This document shows positions 20,002 to 29,625 of a DNA stretch of 50,737 nucleotides, piece by piece (position 1 is the first letter of the stretch; every line of letters begins with the position of its first letter). The position numbers were made by a program, and so were the translations under genes. Source of the stretch: Erysipelotrichaceae bacterium (lineage in GTDB: Bacteria > Bacillota_I > Bacilli_A > RF39 > UBA660); assembly GCA_022772985.1 (NCBI GenBank), contig JALEZJ010000103.1:1-50737 (forward strand), given 5' to 3'. Under the pieces are notes generated by a model, which saw only the letters and a program-made list of their open reading frames with translations, did not search any database and had not been told where the DNA came from.

Positions 20002-21390
20002 TTATTCCAAATTATTTTTATTTGTTTTCTTTTGTTTCGTTAGAATATAAGCTTTCTTAGTTTCGTTATCAGGTTTTACTAATGAAATATTTGAATACTC
20101 TCCAGCAAAAATTCTAAATAAACCGCTACCAATTTCATTATCAACAAGGGCTTGTAAACTTCGAGCACCACTTTGCTCGGCAATGGATAATTCGGTTATA
20201 TATTCAATAAACTCATCGTTAAACTCAAAATTAACTCCTAATATTTCAAAGAATTTTTTGTAAGTATTGAGTGGACTAAAATTTGATTCTTTTAATATTT
20301 TTTTGATATCTTCTTTCGTTAAGGGATTCATTGCAATCTTTTTTGAGAATCGTCCTATTAATTCTCTCATAATTCCATATTTTATAAAATCACTTGTTGT
20401 AAGGTGTTTATAATCATCTCCATTAGTAATCCCAGTAAAAGCTCCTACTCCTACAATGGTTAATTTTGATGTATCAAATTTTTGATTGTTAAAATAGAAT
20501 TCTGTTCCATCTAGTAACTTTAACAATGATCTTTGAACTCCTAATCTAGAAACATGAGATTGATTGTCTCCAGGTTTTTCTGCTAGTTTATCAAATTCAT
20601 CTATCACTAAAATTCCTTTTTTTGCAAGTTCAATATCTCCATTTGCTGCAAAACATAAATCTTCTAGCATATTTGTTATCTTTCTTCCTTCATAACCGGT
20701 TTCAGAAAGTGATGTAGCATCCTCTATCACGATTGGTATATTATAAAGTTTTGATATTCTTTTTAATATTTCAGTTTTTCCTGTACCGGTAGAACCATAA
20801 ATTAAAATATTTTCTTTTAACTTTGCTATTAAGTCCATATCTAAATTTGAATTAACAACTTTTTGATTTTTAAATAATGCTGTTAGGATTTGCATGATTT
20901 GTTCATCTTGCGATATAATTGTTTTTTTTATTGATATATACATAGATGATATATCTGTTGTTTTTTCAAATTCATCTTCAACATAATCTGAATCACCTTT
21001 TTTACTTTCTTTTTGTAAGTAAGATATTATGTCTTTATTCAATAACTTTGTCAATCCACTACCTTTATCGCTTCTTAAATAATATTTTGCAGTATTTGCT
21101 ATTTTCTTTTTTTTAATTTCTATAAAATCTACTCTATTTTCATTGTCTTTTATTACCCTATCTATATTATCACTTAAAAATACATATTCCCCTTCGTTTG
21201 CATTTTCATTCATGATACTTGCATATATTCCAGCATTACTTCCACTTAAAACATTACATATATTGTTATTGTTAGCATTTGTAAAACTAATTCCTGAAAC
21301 ATAGTCCATAAATTCAAAAATTTCATATTTTTTATTTTGATAAGTGATGTATTTTTTTTTGAATAAATATCCCATTCTTAAACTTGCCAT
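20002..21390 (-). CDS. Divergent ClpX-like AAA+ ATPase
   Basis: IISQDE, NILIYGSTGTGKT, DATSLSETGYEG, LVIDEFDK, VQRSLLKLLDG, ELIGRF and GARSL. No N-terminal C4 zinc finger. Confidence 0.88.
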   Translation of the reverse strand: MASLRMGYLFKKKYITYQNKKYEIFEFMDYVSGISFTNANNNNICNVLSGSNAGIYASIMNENANEGEYVFLSDNIDRVIKDNENRVDFIEIKKKKIANTAKYYLRSDKGSGLTKLLNKDIISYLQKESKKGDSDYVEDEFEKTTDISSMYISIKKTIISQDEQIMQILTALFKNQKVVNSNLDMDLIAKLKENILIYGSTGTGKTEILKRISKLYNIPIVIEDATSLSETGYEGRKITNMLEDLCFAANGDIELAKKGILVIDEFDKLAEKPGDNQSHVSRLGVQRSLLKLLDGTEFYFNNQKFDTSKLTIVGVGAFTGITNGDDYKHLTTSDFIKYGIMRELIGRFSKKIAMNPLTKEDIKKILKESNFSPLNTYKKFFEILGVNFEFNDEFIEYITELSIAEQSGARSLQALVDNEIGSGLFRIFAGEYSNISLVKPDNETKKAYILTKQKKTNKNNLE

Positions 21391-21483
21391 AAAATTCCTC
21401 CAATATTGGAAGTTATTATATCATAATTTTACTTTTTAACCTAGTAAAAATTTAGATTGAGTTCATTATAATTTTAAGTAAAT

Positions 21484-21538
21484 AAAATACTTATCTAGTT
21501 TGATTCTTTTTATAAAGATATTTCTAGATAAGTATTTT
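21484..21538. repeat. 55-bp palindromic element, copy 1
   Basis: AAAATACTTATCTAG-25 nt-CTAGATAAGTATTTT; 52/55 identical to 25333-25387. Confidence 0.92.
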
Positions 21539-21595
21539 TTATATAGTATATTGTTTGATGAAAAAGTTTAGAAAAGAAACAAAAAGGAATATTTT

Positions 21596-21802
21596 TTATT
21601 TGGGATAAGTTCTTTTTTTTACAAATCTGGCAATATTAGTTTCATTTACTTTTTCAGGAATAAATTCTACTTCATCTTGGGCTTGAAGGGGAGACTCTTT
21701 TTCAATGATGTTGGTATTTAAAAGTAAGTATTCTTGATTTTTTGATTCAATTTTTCCTCCATAACCGTTAAATTCGGTAATTTGACCTATTTGTGGCTTC
21801 AT
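21596..21802 (-). CDS. Divergent cold-shock-domain-like (OB-fold) protein
   Basis: GQITEFNGYGGKI...LQAQDEVEF...ARFV follows the CSD strand pattern, but the aromatic RNP1/RNP2 motifs are degenerate. AGGAGG RBS. Confidence 0.6.
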   Translation of the reverse strand: MKPQIGQITEFNGYGGKIESKNQEYLLLNTNIIEKESPLQAQDEVEFIPEKVNETNIARFVKKRTYPK

Positions 21803-24800
21803 ATCGTTGATACTCCTCCTTTTTTTTATTTAATATTTCTTTAGCAGTATTTAATTCCTGCATTATTCTATCATCATCTCTTGGGATATAAGCTTCCTGA
21901 ATTTGTAAGTTTGTATCCAGATATGCTATCCAATCTTCTCCGCTTAATAAGTATATTATGTTTTCTGTTTGTTCTGGTGGAATTAGTTCACACTCTTGAT
22001 ATATAGCTGGATTATTTTTTGTAATCATTTGATTTAAGAGATGGAATTTATTTAATTGAGTGGATATTTCTTCTTTCGTTTGGTATTCTCTTATATTATC
22101 TCTTAATACTCTATATTTTGGTAGATTTGTTTTATCTGTATTAATCTTTACATAATCCCTATCTTGTGAAGTTGTTGCTAATACAATTCCACTTCCTCGT
22201 AAATCAAAATGAAATGTTGGTAAATTTTCTTGGATATTTTCTTTTATTTCTATTGTTTTACTGGTTTTATCTTCTTTCATAGCATAATGATCAGTGATAA
22301 AAACGTTTTCAATTGGCAAGGGACTCTCTTTACTTTTTTCAATTAACATTTGAGCTACTTGTTTGATTGCGTCAATTACTTCTTCATCTGAATAAAGATC
22401 TTTTTCGACACTATATCTTAATTCATTTAGAAAGATAGAGTTTCCATTTCTAAATCCAGATACTCTACTAATGAATTTTCCTGTTTGAGAGTCCGTTAAG
22501 CGGATATGGAAAGCATTTTCATTTTCTTGACAGAAATTATATAAACTCTCTCCTACTCCCATAATTCTCATACATGATTTCGTTCTTTCTCCGTAAGTGA
22601 TATTTATTGGGTTAGTAAAATTTCCTAGATTAATATTTAATTTTTTACCATTTACTAAAATATCTTCATTTATGGGAGGAGTTGTTATTTCTTTTCTTTG
22701 ATACAATCTAACTAGATTTTCCACTGCTCGATCTAATCTGGAGTTTGAGTCTCCTATAACGGTTGCTGCATTGGGATTGGGATTTAATTTTATTACTTTG
22801 GCATTTTCTTTTCCTAATAGTACTTCATAGCGATTTGAACTACTAGATAAGACATTGGCATAGTTGATGATTTCTGGTAAATTTATTTCTTCCTTCTTGG
22901 CCTTTTTTTCTTCCATATATTTATAGATTTCATTGAATTTGGTTATCATTGCTGCTATATCATAACTTTCTAAAGATAAATTTGATTTTTCTAGTGATTC
23001 TTTAAAAGTACCCTGCCATTCTGGAAATTTATATTTTTGTAATAGAGATTTTAATGCTTGATATGCTTCTTCCTTGTAAAAAACAGTATCTTGTAATTCT
23101 TTTGGATTAATTTCTTGAAGGATAGAAAATATGGGAAAGTCATCATGGGGAACATGATAAATTTTTTTGACGTCGTAATTGCTATATTTTATTTGTGTTT
23201 TAATGTTTGGAGATATTTTTTCATCTTTTATCATGTATCTTAAAATTTCTTTTAACTTTGTTATATTTTGTTTTGTTTCTTTGGTATTGAACTCTTGTCC
23301 CTTTGATTTTAAAAATAATAGACATTCTTTTATTTTTTCTATATTTTCTTCGTTGGGATTAGATATAGAGTTTAAATTTTCTAAATGATAATATTCTATT
23401 GTGTTATATAAATCATCTATTGAAATAATCTCATTAGAATATGTTAATGAGCTTACTAAATCGGCAATTAAAATATTTAATAAGCTATTTTCATCATAAG
23501 TGTAATCTAATTTTAATTCTTTTTCATAATGATTGTTTTTTCTATATTCTTCTCTTTTCTTTCTTAAATATTGTCTATTTATTTCATAGATAATTGTTAA
23601 ATTTTTATCTACATCTTCTTTATTTTTTATTTTAGTATAAATATCTATTAAGAATTTTTGTGGATTTTGATTGAATTGATCTAACTCATTTTCTGGTATT
23701 ATTTTTAGTTTTTTTATCGTGTTTATATCTATTGCATTTGCTAAAATGGTTAAATCTTCTAATGGAACTGGCAAATTTGGCTCTATTAGGGAATTTTTTA
23801 TTCTAGTTAGACGATTAATGTCTATTTCATGTTCCTTTTTAAAACGGGCTTGTAATATTGAATCATAAATATTTTGGGCATTGGTTATATTTAATTTATC
23901 ATAGGAAAATAGACTCATATATTTGTTGAAGTCTTCTTCTTCTAAATTAATTGCTGTTTTTAGATTATCATTTTCTAAATAATATAAATATTTTGGTCCA
24001 AATCTATTTACGAATTGATCAAGATGTTCTAAGTTCAAGTGATACTCTTTTGCAAGAGGTATCTTCACTGTTTGATAGAATTCTTCATTGTACATATTTA
24101 ATAAATTTTCATGATGATTTATATATTCCATGATTATTAGTAGATTTTCTAAGTTATTTTCTGTTAATAATCCTAATAGTTCTTTATCTTCTTTTATTGT
24201 TTTTAAAATTAGAGCATCTTTGGATAGATTTGTTAATTTAAAGGGAAGTCCTTCTTTTAATTTCTTTTTAAATAAATCTAAGTTGTCTTCATATACTTCT
24301 TTATCACAATTATTTATATATTTAAGTTGGTTAGTTTCTAATAATACTTTTAAGAATTCAGAGTTTGTTATGAGAGGTCCAATACGTTCAAATTGATATC
24401 CTTCTTTTACTTTTTGAATAATTTTTTCCATATATGGTTCTAATTCTTTATTTGAAAAAATATCCACGAAATCTAGTTGATTCATATCTATCAGTAAGTT
24501 CATTAATTCTTGATCATCTTTAAAAGAATGCGTTTTATAATTATGTGTTATAGTTAATTTTTTTCCATTTCTAATGTGTTCTTTTATGATTGGTACTAAT
24601 TCTTGTATTTCTTGTTCATCTTCTATAAAATCTAAATTTTCTAAATAACCGGCTCCTATTAATGGTCTTATTAATTTATTTTTATATTCTTCTTTGGCGG
24701 AACCCCATAAGTTTATACCATAGCCTTCTTTTATGAGTTGTAAGGCTTTTTCTAGGTACTCTTCTTTATATTCAATAAAGTTTAGTATAGAAAGATTTTT

Positions 24801-25241
24801 GTTTTCCAAACAATAATTGATAAATTTTTCGTTTTCTTTAAATTCTTTTGGTAAATTTTTTATTTGATAATTGGGATCTTTTATTTTTTCCATAAAAATG
24901 GAGGTTAAATCTTCTAATTCTTCGTTTGAAATATTAAAATTTGCCATTTCTGTACTATCTATGAAAATTCCCACATTAATGTAGTTTTGAAGTATTTTTA
25001 ATACAATTTTTTTGTTTTCAGCTATTTTATTGTATCCAAATGCAGAAGCTAGAATTCCTAATATATTATCTACTTCTTCTTCCGTTTCTAGAAGGGGTAT
25101 TTCCATATAAGTTTCTAATAGTTTATCTTTTAAATCACTATTTTTTATGATGGGGTAATCTCGTAATTCTCCTATTTTATCAAATTCTTTTTTTTCGATT
25201 ATTTCTTTTAATTCATTGTATCTTTCTAAATTATAATCCAT
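21768..25241 (-). CDS. Large hypothetical protein (1157 aa) with about 50-aa helical repeats and a C-terminal PcfJ-like core
   Basis: Long ORF with GAGGT RBS. Repeats lie at about aa 135-345. The conserved-looking core is YGERTKSCMRIMGVGESLYNFC...FHIRL...FISRVSGFRNGNSIFLNELR. Confidence 0.8.
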   Translation of the reverse strand: MDYNLERYNELKEIIEKKEFDKIGELRDYPIIKNSDLKDKLLETYMEIPLLETEEEVDNILGILASAFGYNKIAENKKIVLKILQNYINVGIFIDSTEMANFNISNEELEDLTSIFMEKIKDPNYQIKNLPKEFKENEKFINYCLENKNLSILNFIEYKEEYLEKALQLIKEGYGINLWGSAKEEYKNKLIRPLIGAGYLENLDFIEDEQEIQELVPIIKEHIRNGKKLTITHNYKTHSFKDDQELMNLLIDMNQLDFVDIFSNKELEPYMEKIIQKVKEGYQFERIGPLITNSEFLKVLLETNQLKYINNCDKEVYEDNLDLFKKKLKEGLPFKLTNLSKDALILKTIKEDKELLGLLTENNLENLLIIMEYINHHENLLNMYNEEFYQTVKIPLAKEYHLNLEHLDQFVNRFGPKYLYYLENDNLKTAINLEEEDFNKYMSLFSYDKLNITNAQNIYDSILQARFKKEHEIDINRLTRIKNSLIEPNLPVPLEDLTILANAIDINTIKKLKIIPENELDQFNQNPQKFLIDIYTKIKNKEDVDKNLTIIYEINRQYLRKKREEYRKNNHYEKELKLDYTYDENSLLNILIADLVSSLTYSNEIISIDDLYNTIEYYHLENLNSISNPNEENIEKIKECLLFLKSKGQEFNTKETKQNITKLKEILRYMIKDEKISPNIKTQIKYSNYDVKKIYHVPHDDFPIFSILQEINPKELQDTVFYKEEAYQALKSLLQKYKFPEWQGTFKESLEKSNLSLESYDIAAMITKFNEIYKYMEEKKAKKEEINLPEIINYANVLSSSSNRYEVLLGKENAKVIKLNPNPNAATVIGDSNSRLDRAVENLVRLYQRKEITTPPINEDILVNGKKLNINLGNFTNPINITYGERTKSCMRIMGVGESLYNFCQENENAFHIRLTDSQTGKFISRVSGFRNGNSIFLNELRYSVEKDLYSDEEVIDAIKQVAQMLIEKSKESPLPIENVFITDHYAMKEDKTSKTIEIKENIQENLPTFHFDLRGSGIVLATTSQDRDYVKINTDKTNLPKYRVLRDNIREYQTKEEISTQLNKFHLLNQMITKNNPAIYQECELIPPEQTENIIYLLSGEDWIAYLDTNLQIQEAYIPRDDDRIMQELNTAKEILNKKKEEYQRYEATNRSNYRI

Positions 25242-25332
25242 TGTTCTCTACCTCTAATTTAAGATTAACATAAATATTTTGATAAATAAATAATTTTTTT
25301 AGCTGTTGACAATTCTTTAATGATATTTAAGT

Positions 25333-25387
25333 AAAATACTTACCTAGTTTGATTCTTTCTATCAAGATATTTCTAGATAAGTATTTT
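25333..25387. repeat. 55-bp palindromic element, copy 2 (probable dnaE terminator)
   Basis: AAAATACTTACCTAG-25 nt-CTAGATAAGTATTTT, beginning 10 bp after the dnaE stop. Confidence 0.92.
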
Positions 25388-25396
25388 TAATATCTT

Positions 25397-28336
25397 TTAG
25401 TTTTGATTCTTTTTTTCTAATATTTTTAGATTATTTACGATAATTTGATATTGATCAAATCTTTTTTCGACACGTCCATAAATTTTAATGATATCTTTTT
25501 TATCAATATTATTATGTTCTTTATATATTTTAGGAAACAGTGTTAGAGATATTTGTCCATATTCGTCGGATGCTGTCACAAAAGCCATGATGTCGTTTTT
25601 CTTTGTTGTTACTTCTTTTATTTGATCAATGGATAAAACTAGAGTGATGGTTTTATCAAAATTTTCTTCTATCGATCTGGTGTCTAGATCATAAGCAGTT
25701 TTGTAAATATTAGTAGGATGATTGCTTAAATAGAAGCCAAAGATAGTTAGTTGGTTTTCAATTTTTTCTTCTTTGGTATAATCATCATAAGGTACTAGGG
25801 TTGGGATAGATAGTTCAATTAGTCCTGCATCTTTTGTCAGATCAGCATAATTAATAATATTGTCAAGGTTGTTGATTAATGTTAATTCATTTGTACCAAA
25901 AGAATTAAAACATCCTGCTTTAATTAAAGAGATTAAGACTTTTTTGTTGATGCCAATGGAATAGGTTCTTATGACAAAGTCAATAAAGTCTTTGTAGGGA
26001 GAATTTTCTCTTTTTTTGATAATTTCTCTAGAGATTAGTGTGCCAACATTGTTAATGATAGATAATGGGCAACGAATTGAATCCTCTTGCACCTCATATT
26101 TATCTGTGCTAACGTTTATATCTGGGGGTAATATTTTGATATTATTTTGTCTTATTTCAGCAAGATAAATTTTGGTTTTTGTATCGTTTCCTATGACATT
26201 ATTTAAAATGGCGGTTTCAAAGTATTTAAAAAAGTATGTTTTTAAGAAAGCCATTTTGTAGGCAACAGTAGCGTAACCTACGGAGTGGGATTTATTAAAT
26301 CCATAGTTGGCAAATTTTAGGATTAAATCATAGATTTTTTCGGCTGTTTTAGCTGTATATCCGTTTTGAATGCTTTTTTCTATGAACTTTGGTTTTTCTT
26401 TTAATAAAATTTCTTCTTTCTTTTTTGAGATTGCTCTTCTTAAGATATCGGCCTCTCCTAGAGAGTATCCGGCTAGGGTTCTAGCAATTTCTAGGATTTG
26501 TTCTTGATAAATGATAATACCATAGGTTGATTTTAAGATAGGTTCTAGGGATTTATCTGGGTATTCGACTAATTCTTGTCCATTTTTTCTTCTAATATAA
26601 TTATCAATAAAGTCCATTGCTCCTGGACGATATAGAGCTAAGGCAGCAATGAGGTCGTCAAAAGAGGATACTTGTAATTTTTCTAGAAATCTTCTCATAC
26701 CGGCAGACTCGAATTGGAAGATCCCATCGGTTTTTACTTTTCTAAATATTTCTAGTGTTTTTTTATCATCTAATGGAATATTTGAAAAAGTGATATTTAA
26801 GTTTTCATTTTTCTTAATATTAGTAATTACTTCTTGAATTAAGGTTAAGTTAGAAATCCCTAAGAAGTCCATTTTTAATAAACCTAATGGTTCTAGATAA
26901 TTCATGGAATAAGCTGTGGTATAAATTCCTCGATTGTTTTTATAAAGAGGAATGGTTTCGTCAATGTCACGGTGGCTCATGACGATTCCTGATGCATGTA
27001 TTCCAATGTTTCGAGGTAAGCCTTCTAAATGTATGGAAATGTCAAATAGGCGCTGATACTTGGGATTTTCGTCAATTAGACGTTTTAATTTGATATTATT
27101 TTTAATCGTTTCGGATAGAGTTTCTTTCGAGGATAATAGCTTCGTTAGATAATCTGTGTCTGATGGACTTATTTCTAAGATTCTTGCAACATCTCTTACG
27201 ACTTGTTTTGCGGCTAGGGTATCAAAAGTAATAATTCCTGCTACTTTTTTTTCTCCGTATTTTTCTATTACATAATTGATGACGTCTTGTCTTCTTTCAC
27301 TATCGAAATCAACATCAATATCAGGCATGGTAATTCGTTCTGGATTTAAGAATCTTTCGAATAGTAAATCATATTTGATTGGATCAATATCAATAATTCC
27401 TAGGGTATAACTAACTAAGCTACCTGCTGCAGATCCTCTTCCTGGTCCTACTAAAATATTATTTTGTTTGGCATATTTTACATAGTCCCAAACAATTAAA
27501 AAATAGTTACAGAAATCCATTTGTTTTATAATAGATAATTCTTTTTCTAGTCTTTTTATATATACTTCTGGAACGTTGTCTTTTAATCTTCTTTTTAAGC
27601 CTTTATTACATAGATATTTTAAGTAGGTATAGGCATCTATTTTTTCATCATAGACTGGTAAAAGACCTTTTTCGTATGATAATTCAACATTACAGAGATC
27701 AGAAATTAACTTGGTTGTATTGATATCTATTTCGGTAGTTAAATCCATTAATTCTTCTTTTGCTAAGAGATGTTTTCCTTGATGGGTATTTAATTCGTAT
27801 TCTCCTAAAACTTTTAATTCTTTTATCATGTAAAGATAATCTAAGTATTTATAGTCTTCTTTATATAAATAAGAAACATCATTTATTAATACTTTGTCTT
27901 CTTTTATTTTTTCTCTTTGTTCTTTGTTGCGATAACCTATATAATGGTTGGGATAGATTTGATAGATAGTATTATCAAAATCATCATATGGCATAATTAA
28001 AAGAATTCCTTCTTTATAGAAATTTAATTCTTCTTTGGTTAAGGAGTGTTCTGATACTAGAGTTGATAATTTGATTAGATTTTTATAACCTTGCTGATTC
28101 ATTGCATAGAGAAGTATTTTTTTGTTCTCTATGTTAAGTTCTATTCCAATAATTGGTTTGATATGGTTATTTTTACATTCTTGATAAAATTCTGGTACAC
28201 CAAACATATTATTTACATCAGTTATCGCTAGTGAGGTATAGCCTAAAGATACGGCACGAGCAACTAATTTTTTGATTTCGTTTAGGCTTTGTAATAGAGA
28301 ATAGCTTGTTTTTACTTGTAAGGCTGTATAGTTCAT
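25397..28336 (-). CDS. dnaE: DNA polymerase III alpha subunit (short DnaE type)
   Basis: GPGRGSAAGSLV, FERFLNPERITMPDIDVDF, HASGIV, GLLKMDFLG, YGFNKSHS and a C-terminal OB fold. ATG at 28336 follows GAGGTG. Confidence 0.97.
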   Translation of the reverse strand: MNYTALQVKTSYSLLQSLNEIKKLVARAVSLGYTSLAITDVNNMFGVPEFYQECKNNHIKPIIGIELNIENKKILLYAMNQQGYKNLIKLSTLVSEHSLTKEELNFYKEGILLIMPYDDFDNTIYQIYPNHYIGYRNKEQREKIKEDKVLINDVSYLYKEDYKYLDYLYMIKELKVLGEYELNTHQGKHLLAKEELMDLTTEIDINTTKLISDLCNVELSYEKGLLPVYDEKIDAYTYLKYLCNKGLKRRLKDNVPEVYIKRLEKELSIIKQMDFCNYFLIVWDYVKYAKQNNILVGPGRGSAAGSLVSYTLGIIDIDPIKYDLLFERFLNPERITMPDIDVDFDSERRQDVINYVIEKYGEKKVAGIITFDTLAAKQVVRDVARILEISPSDTDYLTKLLSSKETLSETIKNNIKLKRLIDENPKYQRLFDISIHLEGLPRNIGIHASGIVMSHRDIDETIPLYKNNRGIYTTAYSMNYLEPLGLLKMDFLGISNLTLIQEVITNIKKNENLNITFSNIPLDDKKTLEIFRKVKTDGIFQFESAGMRRFLEKLQVSSFDDLIAALALYRPGAMDFIDNYIRRKNGQELVEYPDKSLEPILKSTYGIIIYQEQILEIARTLAGYSLGEADILRRAISKKKEEILLKEKPKFIEKSIQNGYTAKTAEKIYDLILKFANYGFNKSHSVGYATVAYKMAFLKTYFFKYFETAILNNVIGNDTKTKIYLAEIRQNNIKILPPDINVSTDKYEVQEDSIRCPLSIINNVGTLISREIIKKRENSPYKDFIDFVIRTYSIGINKKVLISLIKAGCFNSFGTNELTLINNLDNIINYADLTKDAGLIELSIPTLVPYDDYTKEEKIENQLTIFGFYLSNHPTNIYKTAYDLDTRSIEENFDKTITLVLSIDQIKEVTTKKNDIMAFVTASDEYGQISLTLFPKIYKEHNNIDKKDIIKIYGRVEKRFDQYQIIVNNLKILEKKNQN

Positions 28337-28380
28337 ATGATTCACCTCTATTTGTTAAAAATGCTTATTTTTTGTCATTC

Positions 28381-29454
28381 CTATTTATTTCCTAGGGTTT
28401 CCATTAATTTTATTGTATCATCTATTACAGAATCAAATTTACGATCTCCTTTTACAATTACGTTACATTTAGAAACGACAATATCTAGGCCACTACTAAT
28501 TTTAATATTATCTTTTGTATTTATTTCTTTTAAAGCAATCTCTTGATTTAATTTTTCTCTTTCCATTAGTCTTTTGATTCTAATATCTTTAGGTACTTTT
28601 ATATAAATTGAGAATACTTCATTATTTTCTTTTATAAAATCTAGTATTTCATCTGATACTAAGCCATCTAGGATGAAGAATTTGTTGTTTTTTCTAAATT
28701 TTTCTATTACTATAGGTAGTTTTTCTTTTACTAGTTGGTCATAGCTTTCTATTCCATTTTTTGAAACATATTCTCGTGATTTTTTAAATCCGGCTTCATT
28801 TATAATTTTAGTAACTTCTTTTCCATATTGAAAGACAGGAATATTTAATGTTTGACTAATATATTGGCATAGGGATGATTTTCCACTTCCGCTGTAACCT
28901 ACGATACAAACGATTAAATTTTTGGTAATTTCATTACAAAATAAGTTTTTAGCATGGGTAAGGTCTTTTTTGTTGGTAATTTCATATTTACAATGGGGAA
29001 AAATTTCTTCTATTCCACAATATTTTTTCATATTATCTCGTTTGTTTAGTCCCTCGATTAATTCTTCTTTATTAGTAATTCCCGCTCTAATAGCTAGACG
29101 GTTTAAGCGATCTTGATATTTGGAGTGAAATGAAATAAGTTGCATTTGGGGAAATATTTTTATTAGTTTATTATAAATATCTATATCAAATATATCATCA
29201 ATTATTAAGTTTTCATTACGGGGTAATTGTTTTTCAATATAATCTAGAACTGCTTTTTTACTGTCTTTTCGATATTGTTTTAATCCTACTTTGGTGTAAT
29301 ATTCTGTTACTCCATTATATCCTCTTTTAAAAGCTTCATTTTTATATATTTGGGGTAAATCAATAAATGTATAATCTTTTGTATCTATCATTTCTTTTAT
29401 AATTGTAGATTTTCCATTGCAGGCATATCCTACTAATCCAAAAATTCTTTTCAA
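28381..29454 (-). CDS. Tandem double P-loop kinase (NMP/dephospho-CoA-kinase fold)
   Basis: Two homologous halves: GYACNGKS...IIDD...RLNRLAIR and GYSGSGKS...ILDG...RIKRLMER. TTG start after GGAGGT. Confidence 0.82.
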   Translation of the reverse strand: MKRIFGLVGYACNGKSTIIKEMIDTKDYTFIDLPQIYKNEAFKRGYNGVTEYYTKVGLKQYRKDSKKAVLDYIEKQLPRNENLIIDDIFDIDIYNKLIKIFPQMQLISFHSKYQDRLNRLAIRAGITNKEELIEGLNKRDNMKKYCGIEEIFPHCKYEITNKKDLTHAKNLFCNEITKNLIVCIVGYSGSGKSSLCQYISQTLNIPVFQYGKEVTKIINEAGFKKSREYVSKNGIESYDQLVKEKLPIVIEKFRKNNKFFILDGLVSDEILDFIKENNEVFSIYIKVPKDIRIKRLMEREKLNQEIALKEINTKDNIKISSGLDIVVSKCNVIVKGDRKFDSVIDDTIKLMETLGNK

Positions 29455-29625
29455 AAGAACACCTCCTAATTTTATAAGAATCCTATATTATTTTATTTTA
29501 TAGTTTATCTTTTAGAATTTTATCCTAAAAATTTATGACTCTTTATTTTTATTCTTTTTTAGTATTTTTCATGAATGAAAAAAAGACTATACTTGTTCTA
29601 TCAAAATGTTTTCCTAGATGGTAAG

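Noticed and set aside
21484-25387. CRISPR array or classical integron attC interpretation of the 55-bp repeats
   Set aside because: Only two copies 3.8 kb apart, no spacers or cas genes, no RYYYAAC/GTTRRRY ends and no integrase.
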